A stretch of DNA of 64,000 bases from Octopus vulgaris (Eukaryota): NCBI GenBank assembly GCA_951406725.2, contig OX597835.1, positions 33,542,001-33,606,000 on the forward strand, read 5' to 3'. Under the pieces are notes generated by a model. The model was not told where the DNA came from and did not search any database. It worked only from the letters and a program-made list of their open reading frames with translations. This document shows, piece by piece, positions 53,148 to 64,000 of the stretch. A program made the position numbers and the translations under genes. Numbering within the stretch: position 1 is the stretch's first letter; every line of letters begins with the position of its first letter.

Positions 53148-54991
53148 TAGTGTGCGTCATTGTTTTATCTGTATGTGTATGTGTGTGTGTTCGTGTGTGT
53201 TCCCTATGTGTGAGTGTATTTGTTTCCCTTATTAGAACGAATAAAGACGTTAGAGAATGTATTTTACGTTCATTTCTTCAATTTTCTGAACTCATATATT
53301 ATTCTTATACCCTTCTGTTCATGTCTTGAATATCAAGTCTATAAAATAAACATAATCAAGAATAAAGGCATTAATGTTGACGTTTAGAGTTGAGATCTTT
53401 TGTTGTTGTCTTTATTTTTTTATTTCATGACCATCTTTCATAGTATAGCATGTTCATTATGTGGGAAATAAACTATTTTAGTCAATTAAAAGTTGTAAAT
53501 TTCCAAATAAATATGGTTAAAGTGAATACAAGAACTCGCCAATTTTGTTCAAATTGCAAATTGATGCAACAGAATGTCATACTTTTCCGAGAGACATTGT
53601 TCACACCTCCTATTGCCATGAAGTATGTTCCTATAACAGACCATTGTATGATACAACTGATAATGTTATTAGCAGTTAAGGTTCAGAGATATTTCGTTAG
53701 CGAAATGGTAATGTGTTTTCCTGAGTGCCTGAATACATACAAAGACAATACAGTGGCATTAACATGAAACATTTCATCTTATATTTTGATTATCTTTTCA
53801 ATGTTTTAAACTTGCTCATTAGTTCACGTTGAGAATGCATGAACTGTTATACAATTTCGAAGAGTGATTACAATCGATTGAATGAAACTGCAATTTTCAC
53901 CTGGAATTTATTTTATCGATCTAGGAAGGCCGAAAGGCAAAGTTAATTGTAGCGCAACCTGAACGCCGGATGGGAAGAGAAATTACTAAATAACACCATA
54001 ATTTTGTGATTGATTCTCAAGCACAAAATTATCTGCTACGATTATCATATGATACATTGTCCTTCATAAATATTTAAATATGTTCACGTCAACATCATCA
54101 ATTAAAATGTAGAATGATCGTTATGTTCCATTACTGGAAAAAAGGGTGAAGCTTAAATTTAGGCCGTCTTTGTCTTTCAGTAGAGAATAGAGATAGCAAA
54201 GGATGCTGTTAGACAACTATCTAGCTTCTTAGGCGCAGGAGGTTGGCGACTTCAACAGAGAATGAAGACAAACATAAATGTCGCACTGTTTAACTCTATT
54301 TGCTGTTGAAGAACAAAGCTTAGAAATTTTATATTTCTCGCAGTCGTTAACCGTTTACTTATCTTGTGTATCACATGACATGCACAGAACATTTCCTCGG
54401 CACCCATGTATCATGAGATGCGCAATCCCAATTGATTTTAAGCCCCATAGTAACTTGGGTCTCTTGAAAAGAAAACTTGATATTACTGAGAAGGTATTAA
54501 ACGAGGGCTAACTAATAAAATAAATGAGGTGCTTATCTGTGGACACTGGAATGGATAAAATAGTAAACATATCCACTTAAATCACGGAGACATTATTGTC
54601 TTTAAAACAGTATATATTTCCAATATACATTAACCCGTTGCCTCGCTTATGTATCATATTTTTATGCAGGACTTATTGCCCTGACTTGGGACTTATGAAA
54701 AGAAAGTTCTGTATAATTCAGAATGCCTGAAATAAAAACTGGACTAAAATGTCTGAAAACAAGCATGAACTTTTAGGACAAACTTATGCTTTCGACAGGC
54801 AAATGGTTAAGAGTGGAGAAACCTCTGTCTTAGTGTAAACTTTTTCTTGTCCTCTGTATCATATCTGATATATGGCACGTACTTTCCTGTCAACCATGCA
54901 TCTTATATGATATTTATTCCCAATTTTTTTAGTCAAACGTCTGAGTAACTTGGGACTTAAGAAAAAGAAAGCTTTATATTACTTTAAATTT

Positions 54992-55028
<37 letters not shown>

Positions 55029-55199
55029 CGGGGAACGATGGAACTAATCTGTTATGACACGGACTTGTATAAACAATAACAGCAACAAAAGAAACAATGG
55101 ATGGGCCTCTCTGTGAGCGCTGGGATGGCTAGAATTAGCAAGCAAATCTCACAAAGAATTTATCGTATTAAAAAAAGGAGTACTATCTGCAATAGATAT

Positions 55200-55590
55200 T
55201 TGTTTCAAATTTTGGCACGAGGTCAGCAATTTCGGGGGAACTGTTTAAGCCGATTAATTCGACTCCACTACTTAACAGGTACTGATTTTATCCACCCCGA
55301 AAGAAAGAGAGGCTAAGTCGACGTCGGCGACATTTGAACTCAGAACGTAAAGACGGACGATATGCCGCTAGCGCGCTGCCTTAATATCGGTTTCAAATTA
55401 TGGAACATGGCCTGGATTTCGGGGGAGGGGTAAGTCGGTTACATCGACCCCAGTGCTCATTTGATGATTATTTTATCCCTAAAATATGAAAGTCAAAGAT
55501 GACCCCTGCTAGCATTTGAACTTAGAACGAAAGGAATGCCCCCTAGGCATTTTATCTGGCGCGGTAACGATTGTGCCAACTCTCCACCTT
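55200..55590 (-). mobile_element. two old tandem SINE family B-like copies
   Basis: AAGTCGACGTCGGCGACATTTGAACTCAGAACGTAA and CATCGACCCCAGTG motifs. Confidence 0.65.
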
Positions 55591-55607
55591 AATATTTCCA
55601 CTATATA

Positions 55608-56478
55608 TTGGGTCATCCCTTAAATAATGCGGTTTTTTTCAATTTCATGAACTAAAAGTCCGAGGGGGACGGGATAAACTGCCTACATCAACTTGCTAAA
55701 GGCATTTAGCAGTTTTATTTTGTATTTATTCTTAGTGTAAGTTTTGAAAAGTGCAGTTTGATTTTAGCAGTTAGTTTTTCAAAGCTATAAGGGAACTGAC
55801 ACAGGAACATATTCACTATATTTTTGCTTTATGATTTCAATAAAGGCAACAACGCAACGGAAAGTGCGAGGAATATTAATTCAGTATATGGGGATCGGAC
55901 AATAAGAATAAGCCAGTGACAACAGTGGTTGCAGAAATTCCGAACAGCAAGCTATAGCGTAGAAGATGAGCCTCGTCCTGTAAGATTCGTAGAGCTCGAC
56001 GAAGACGTCCTGCAAAACCTGATGGAGCAAAGTTCCATCGAAAGTGTTCAGAAACTAGCAGAGAAGCTGGGATTTGGTCATTCAACCAGTCATTCAAGTC
56101 AACGCTAGAAGAAAAACGACCATCTTTGGTATCAAATCGAAAGGTGTTCTTCCATCGGCCGCTGGAGCAGTCTGAATGGGAAATGATGCTCCACCCACTA
56201 TATTCGCTGGACATTGCCCCATCTGTTTATCATTTATTTCGCAGTCTTCAAAATCATTTGGGCGGAAAAATATGAATTCTGTAGACAAGGTCAGAATGGT
56301 ACTGGAGGAGTATTTTCCGTTACGGACAAGTGAATTTTAGAATTCTACCAGATAGATGGAGGAGCATTAAAACAATGAACGAGAGTATATTTTAGGTTAA
56401 AAAAAGACCTTCGTTTATCTTAATTTTGAAAAATAAAAGCAGTATTTAAAAATCCATGTTATTCCTGAGATGGCTCAA
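55608..56478 (+). mobile_element. internally deleted, degenerate mariner
   Basis: TA-TTGGGTCATCCC.. / ..GAGATGGCTCAA-TA imperfect TIRs; LYDFNKGNNATESARNINSVYG and HPLYSLDIAPSVYHLF motifs. Confidence 0.8.
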
Positions 56479-56493
56479 TATTAAGCTGATGTA

Positions 56494-56890
56494 AGGCGGC
56501 GAGCTGGCAGAGACGTTAGCGCGCCGGGCGAAATGCTTAACGGTATTTCGTCTGCGTTACGTTCTGAGTTCAAATTCCTCCGAGGTCGACTTTGCCTTTC
56601 ATCCTTTCGGGGTCGATAAATAAAGTACCAGTTACGCACTGGGGTCGATGTAATCGACTTAATACCTATGTCTGTCCTTGTATGTCCCCTCTGTGTTTAG
56701 CCCCTTGTGGGTAATAAAGAAATAGGTATTTTGTCTGCCGCTACGTTCTGAGTTCAAATTCCGCCGAGGTCGACTTTGCTTTACATCCTTCCGGGGTCGA
56801 TAAATTAAGTACCATTTGCGTACTGGGGTCGATCTAATCGAAAGGCCCCCACCCCAAAAATTTCGGGCCTTGTACCTAGAGTAAAAAAGA
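56494..56890 (+). mobile_element. SINE family B (56494-56724) fused to a second partial B copy
   Basis: Tail AATAAAGAAATA is followed directly by GGTATTTTGTCTGCCG and a second Meta-like domain. Confidence 0.88.
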
Positions 56891-57819
56891 ATATTAACCT
56901 GATATAGATTAAGGCAGTGAGCAAGCCGAATCGCTAGCACATTGGACACTATGCTTATCAGCACTTCTTTTGCTCTTTACGTTCAAATTTCACCCACGTC
57001 GACTTCGCCTTTCATACTTTCGGAATCGACGAAATAAAGCACATAGGTGATTGAGAACAGAAATCGATGTAATCAAGAATTCACTTGCTCTAAAATTTCA
57101 GGTATTGTCTCAAAATTTAGAAACCAATATATATTAAGCTGAGAAAATGATGCGTTGGTTATGAATGGATTGGATTGCGCAATTAGATTTAGCAACCTAG
57201 CGTTTAACAACTCCGACAATGAGATGAAAAAAAATGCATAAAAAGAAATGAAAGAAACAAATACAATAAGGTGATAATCACCAATGAAGAAGAAAACCTC
57301 AGTTGTTTTCGTGTATTTTTTCCTTTTTTTTGTAATTGTTTAATATACTATTTTTACTTTAGAATCTAAAATTAATGAGAGAAAAAAAATAAAAAAGATT
57401 ATTATGAAAATGTCTTTTATTCTGTAAATTAAAAAACAAAAATTTTACTTTGTTTTCTCGTCTTAAAACTAAAATATTAACGATCAGACTTCCATCATTG
57501 AATAACTATTACCTTACCACCGACTAACATTATTACTGCTGTCGTTGTTGTTTTTATTGTTTTTGTTGTTGTTGTTGTTGTTTTCATATCCGTGTTGGTT
57601 TTCCTGTTTTCGGAGTTAAAATTGTGTCTTTTGATTCTGCTTTCTTTCAATTTTGGTTTCTTTGGCAAAATATTTCGTTGATTCCATTGTAGTGCTCTAA
57701 TTTGTTAATTATATATTTGTTCAATATGACAGAGGATGTGCATGACCTATTGGTTAAGGCGTCGCATTCCCGATCGTGGGATCGTGGTTTCGAATTCCAA
57801 GAGGTGGTGTTGCTTTCTC

Positions 57820-58067
57820 ATTACTCTTTTATACTTGTTTCAGTCATTTGACTGCGGCCAAGCTGCAGCACCTCCTTTAGTCGAAGAAATCGACCCCAGG
57901 ACTTATTTTTTGTAAGCCTAGTACTTATTATATCAGTCTCTTTTGCCGAACCGCTAAGTGACGGGGACTTAGACACACCAGCCATCAGTAGTCAAGCGAT
58001 GTTGGGGAACAAACACAGACACACAAACATATACACACATACACTCACACACACACATACACCACAT

Positions 58068-58140
<73 letters not shown>

Positions 58141-58372
58141 CATATATACGACGGGCTTCTTTCAGTTTCCATCTACCAAATCCGCTTACAAGGCTTTGGT
58201 CGGCCCGAAGCTATAGTAGAAGACACTTGCCCAAGCTGACACGCAGTGGGACTGAACCCGGAACCATGTGGCTGGTAAGCAAGCTACATACCACTCCTGT
58301 GCCTCACAGCCATTCCTGCGCCTCACATCCATCCCTGTGCCTCACAGCCACTCCTGCGCCTCACAACCACTC
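57820..58372 (-). mobile_element. SINE family A with tandemly amplified 19-bp head
   Basis: Family A match; CACAGCCACTCCTGCGCCT repeated about 4.5 times. Confidence 0.9.
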
Positions 58373-58404
58373 AAGCTACCCCATCCCACGCAGTTGTATA
58401 TGGA

Positions 58405-58580
58405 TAACTCTGCGATGGACTTCCTTTTCCATTCGGGTATGGAGCGGTGGCGGGGAAATTGGCTTGTCCGATTAGCCAGCGGGAAGGCATCATTCGAAAG
58501 CAACTAGAATGCAAGGAAGAGACGCATTGTGACAAGCGGTGTATGACAACAACCGATAGTTTGGTCGACGCACTGACGAT
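58405..58580 (+). mobile_element. old SINE fragment carrying the family C tail module
   Basis: TTAGCCAGCGGG..GCATCATTCGAAAGC..CGCATTGTGAC preceded by a different body (CTCTGCGATGGACT). Confidence 0.5.
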
Positions 58581-58609
58581 TAGATTATTTTTAACGGCTT
58601 TTATTTGTT

Positions 58610-58803
58610 TATTCTTTTACTTGTTGTAACCATTTGACTGCGTCCATGATGGAGCACCGTCTTAAAGTGTTTTATTCGAACAAATCGAACCCAGGACATA
58701 TTCTTTGTAAGCGTAGTACTTATTCTATCTATCCCTACCAAGTTACGGGACCATTAACCGACCAGCATCAGCAGTCAAACGATGGCGGGCGTGGACAAGC
58801 ACA

Positions 58804-58849
<46 letters not shown>

Positions 58850-59020
58850 ACACACATACGACGGTCTTATTTCGGTGTCCCACTTCCAAATCCACTCACA
58901 AGGCTTTGGATCTGCCGCGGGCTATAGTAGAAGACACTTGCCGAAGGTGCCACGCAGTGGAACTGAACCCGGAACCATGTGATTAGAAAGCAAGTTCCTT
59001 ACCACACAACCACGCCTGCG
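58610..59020 (-). mobile_element. SINE family A (diverged, full length)
   Basis: Reverse-complement similarity. Confidence 0.85.
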
Positions 59021-59820
59021 ACTACATAACTACTTAGTTACAGTTATATAACTATAGAACTTTTATAATAAAGCTGTAGTAAAAAAAGCGACTTTAATAT
59101 TGCGCCTCGTTGAGCCATAACAATGTCAAATGAAGGCGACGAGAAGAATAATTATATTTCATGGAGTTCGTCTTCAAGCAAACCTCATATAATAGGAAGA
59201 AAGAAAAAGTAAGAAAAACTGTACAAACACTAATGAAATTTTATTTGAATATATTGGTGTCACTAATTAATGATAGTGATATAATTAACAGTATGATACC
59301 GAATGTCAAGACACATATCTGTTGCCGTCTGGGTCCGGTTCGATGTAAATAAATCCTCCTAGGAAGCTGAGGTCAGTGATTCAGCCTCCAGGATGGTTGT
59401 GGAATTTCCAAGTTCATTAGCGTTTACTGCTCATTAAAAATTGATTGCTCCCTCACTCCATCTTACTCTCTCTTTCTGTCTTTTTCTTTCGCACACGCGC
59501 GTTCTCTCACGCTCTCTCCATCTCTCTCTCTCCTTTTCCATCTCTCATCCTTCCATCCATTGCTCTCTTTCATTTCTTCTCTTTCTTTCACTCTCTCTTT
59601 CTGTCTCTCTCTTTCCTTCACGCTCTTTCTCTTTCACGTGCTCACTCTTTCTTTCCTTCTCGTTCTCGTTCTCTTTCTCTCCCCTCCTCTCTCTCTCTTT
59701 CTCTCCCCTCTCTCTCCTTTTCTCTCTCTTCCACTTTCCTCCTTCTCCCGTATCTATTTTACTCTCCCGTCTCTCTCCTTATTCCCCTCTCATGCACATA
59801 ATCACGCACGCAGACACACA

Positions 59821-59861
<41 letters not shown>

Positions 59862-60920
59862 ACAAACAGGCAAACACACACACAAATATTTCTCGGAATT
59901 GAACAACTTTCTGCATTATATAAATTCTTAGACATCTCCTCCAAGAATAACAATTAAAAAACTTTATCAAACACAAATTTTCACTTCTTAAATCATATTT
60001 CCGTTCCAGACCATATTCTATATTTCTGTTGAGTCTACAATTCAATTCGTGTAATCTTGTAAAAATCCAAGATGGAAACAAATCAATATTTGTTGTTTGT
60101 ATTTTGTTTACAAGACTCATGTTGTGAATTCTTGTCTTGAAACAAATTTTGTTGGGTTTTGGGAGGATCATTACACCAATAATAATAGCACACACACACA
60201 CGGGTTCAATTCCACTTCTGAATTGTTAGCCATATATGAGCTGCCTTGCAGCCGAATTAAAGGATTTAGTGTCGAGACTTGGAGGTGATGTATTCATTAA
60301 CTAAGTGTAGCTGTCGCATGGTTATTTTCATATTTATACAGCAGAACACAGTGTCCTTCGGCAGCTTGGTAGCCTGGTTAGCTACAAGGACCATATATAT
60401 TATTATAATTATATAAATATTTACCGAATATGGTCCTTTTCCATACCGAAATACTACTAGATGAAATTTGCTGATTTTATTAAATTAATTATATTTCACC
60501 CTATATCTGTATTGACTATTTTTACTCTCCTACGACAAAACTACGAATCTTTTTTTCGACAGTACTATTTTGTGACTCACGTAGTAGAATTCTGGAGGGA
60601 AATACGAATTCCCTTGTCTATATAAATGTGGATATGCTAGTTGACTTTTGTATCTTTCGATGTCGCTTGATCGAAAATATAAGAGGTAAGTTTTCCTAGC
60701 ATTTCTAGATTTATGGGAAATATTATGTTGATAAGGAAATGACCCTTACGATTCTAATCCAGAAACGAGCGTCCATAATTAATCCGAAGACTGTGTAATT
60801 TCGTTGTTTCTCTTCTTTTTTTGCCATATGTGAGTTACAAATATTGTTGTCTGTGGAGACTAATATTTTCGGTATGTGGTTTAAGTAACTTGTTGCAAAA
60901 AACCCTTATTATTATAATTA

Positions 60921-60978
<58 letters not shown>

Positions 60979-61180
60979 AGTAGTTGAATGAATTATCTTA
61001 TTAAGGATAATTCGAATTAACCGATACCTGGGTAGCAAATTCACATCAGAAAAAACACAGTTGAAGTTACGTACCTAGGGCATAGATTACATGCTTTCGT
61101 GTGGAAATTTGTATGCTTATTTTAAAAATATAAATATATGAAAGAATGGAGCTGAACAACGAATTAACAAAATTTCTTTA

Positions 61181-61263
61181 TTTTCGACATATGTTTCGAA
61201 GGCTGCATATTCCTAATTGCGAAGGAATAAGGAGTATATTATGCCGCTTTCTTATCAGAAAAA
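61181..61263 (-). ncRNA. type I hammerhead motif (G8A, probably inactive)
   Basis: TTTTT-CTGATAA-GAAAGCGGCATA...TATGCAGCCTTC-GAAA-CATATG-TC^GAAAA. Confidence 0.65.
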
Positions 61264-61357
61264 GTAAGGAACTTATGTCAACATCAAAATGCACAAAAAA
61301 CGTTCGGAGCCCATAGCGGTAATCTTTCATATATATATATATATAAAATATATTGTT

Positions 61358-61537
61358 ATTCTTTTATTCGTTTACCTGTTTCAGTCATTTGACTGTGGCG
61401 GCCTTTTACTAGAAGAAATCGACCTCATGACTTATTCATGGTAGATCTGGTGTTTATTCTATCGTCCTCTTCTGCCGAACCAACATCGATTGTCAAGCGA
61501 TGGTGGTGGTGGTGGTGGGACAAAAATACACCCAAAC

Positions 61538-61620
<83 letters not shown>

Positions 61621-61780
61621 GACGGGCGTCTTTCAGTTTCCGTCTACCAAATCCACTCAGAAAGCTTTGGTCAGCCCGAGGTTATAATAGAAGACACTTG
61701 GCACCTTGGACAAGGTGCCACGCAGCGGAACTGAACCCTGAACCATGTGGTTGGGAAGCAAGCTTCTTACCACACAGCCG
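61358..61780 (-). mobile_element. SINE family A (with deletions)
   Basis: Reverse-complement similarity. Confidence 0.85.
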
Positions 61781-61801
61781 ATATATATCTATGTATGTGT
61801 G

Positions 61802-61860
<59 letters not shown>

Positions 61861-61934
61861 ATGTATATGTATATATATATATATATGTATATATATATGT
61901 ATATATATATATGTATATATACACACACATCTAT

Positions 61935-61965
<31 letters not shown>

Positions 61966-62299
61966 TATTATAAGCTTAAAGCTTAAAAGCGATCAACGTG
62001 TAATGACGAGAGAAAATAGTTTAATAATGAGGCATATAAGCTCTCGACAGACAAAAAGATTTCCTTTTATACTTTTTCCCGTCGAACGCTTATGTGCCAC
62101 AACGTTAGACTATTTTCTTTAGTCATTACATGTTGGTCGCTTATAAGATTTAAGCTCATAAAATATTTTTGTCATTAAGAGAATTATAAAAATCGACACT
62201 GCTTACCAAAGAACATCGCATATATATATATATAATAGAAATGATTGCGTATTCATTTTTAATGAGAAAACGGCTTCACTAATTACTTCCTTCCTTCTG

Positions 62300-62893
62300 A
62301 TGTTTGAATAATTTGACTTTGGACATATAAGAAGGTCAAATTTAAGGAAGGCGTTGCATTAGTTTTATCAGGAGACTTCAGACAGTCATTACCAGTCATT
62401 CTGAGACGAATGAGATCTGATAAGATAAAAGCATGCATTAAGTCATCACATCCATGGAATAAAGTAATGAAATTCTCCTTTAATACTAATGTGCGAGCTT
62501 CGTTACATGGGGACCGATGTGCGAAACAGTTTTCAACCTGGTTCCTCCAATTACGAAATGGGAAAGGACCATTTGGTGGGAATGGTGATATCAGATTTGC
62601 TATCATATTGCTATCACGGTGAATTCCCCAGCTGAATTGAAGTACAGGGTATTGCCAGACTTAGGTAATAATTATAATTCAAATAGATGGTTGTGTGAAA
62701 GGGCAATTCTTACTCCAGAACTGAGACAGTAGCAAGAATTAAACATGAATTAATGAATAAAATTCCAAGTCATAAAGAAGTACAAATCAGTTAATTCAGT
62801 CCTTGATGAAAATCAAGCTGAGTATCACACAACAGTGTTCATTAATTCTCCGAAGCCACCTGGAATTCCACTACATAAACTTTTCCTGAAGGT
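62300..62893 (+). pseudogene. Helitron Rep-helicase, PIF1-like helicase fragment
   Basis: LVLSGDFRQSLPVI, ACIKSSHPW, NVRA, FSTWFLQLRNG, WLCERAILTP, FINSPKPPGIPLHKLFLKV; frameshifted. Confidence 0.88.
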
Positions 62894-62901
62894 ATATACA
62901 T

Positions 62902-63102
<201 letters not shown>

Positions 63103-63103
<1 letters not shown>

Positions 63104-63212
63104 TTGCTCTACAATATAAATTGATGTAATGTTTGCATTGTTCTATTAAATAGAATCGCATGAAACGATCGCACTGCATTATCTCTGGATATCCTTGATG
63201 CATATTTTGATT
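63103..63212 (+). mobile_element. family P2 terminus, truncated hammerhead (lacks CTGANGA)
   Basis: Aligns to 20436-20545; GAAACGATCGCA. Confidence 0.7.
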
Positions 63213-63223
63213 ATATATATATA

Positions 63224-63340
63224 TCACGTGATCACGTGAGCGACAGGCTATCAGATGTTGCTACACATCGCTGGTCACAATGCGCTTCGCATTATTTTAG
63301 CCTTCAAATGACGCCACCGCGCTGGCTAAGCGAGCAGGTC
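63224..63340 (-). mobile_element. stand-alone 120-nt family C tail module
   Basis: Same boundaries as 12688-12807; in (TA)n. Confidence 0.8.
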
Positions 63341-63381
<41 letters not shown>

Positions 63382-63616
63382 CATATACATATATATATAT
63401 ATGTTCTTATCTCTTATATTTCGTAATGCCTGGATAACTATTACAACATAAGATTCGGTAACTGGGAGTCTACAACTGACGACGAAGCGGACTACAACAT
63501 AAATTTTATTTCAACTCATTATATGTATTTTTGTTCGTCCTGGATATGTGCATGCTATGTAACCGCTTCTCCGTTTCTTTACTTCACAAACACACACACA
63601 TGTTGTGTATGTGTGT

Positions 63617-63664
<48 letters not shown>

Positions 63665-63687
63665 TTATTTATTTATATATTTATTTA

Positions 63688-63751
<64 letters not shown>

Positions 63752-64000
63752 TATGTGCCTGTCTATGTAATATTTTTCATCTAACCCTTTGCTAATCAGC
63801 TCGCACAAAAGAAGTATTTTCATTTTATCAACGAAATACTTATTTCTATAATTTCTATAAATTTTTTATTTCTGTAAATTGACTTATTGCTAATATCAGT
63901 GGATTAAAAAAATCTTTTGTGAGTTCTTTTAGAAATTAAATTAACTATTGTTAGAACTTCTATAGAACGGTCTACATAAACAACAAAATTCTAACACGAC

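Noticed and set aside
58290-58372. CRISPR-like array
   Set aside because: Contiguous tandem units without spacers, eukaryotic context, no cas genes

Overview
AT-rich eukaryotic (animal) non-coding DNA. The repeat content (very abundant (TA)n/(GATA)n/(ATT)n microsatellites plus two very abundant tRNA-derived SINE families) resembles an octopod cephalopod genome, which is an inference. No host exon, rRNA, bona fide tRNA or CRISPR array is supportable, and almost all ORFs in the track are microsatellite translations. Real coding signal comes only from transposon remnants: two Penelope-like (PLE) GIY-YIG elements, a CR1/L2-group RT LINE, R4/Dong, Tx1/L1-like and RTE fragments, one full-length and one deleted mariner, Tc1, Merlin, hAT and Helitron pieces. 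The most interesting signal is structured RNA hidden in the short repeats between (TA)n tracts. There are at least six type I hammerhead ribozyme (HHR) motifs from different PLE-like termini, several with non-canonical cores. A three-copy repeat carries all hammerhead strands in a scrambled, pseudoknotted order with compensatory changes. Head-to-head palindromes of PLE termini recur. A 120-nt mobile module has a pistol-like pseudoknot topology. Two candidate LINE/SINE partner pairs share 3' tails. All coordinates were read by eye, and boundaries of degenerate elements are approximate.
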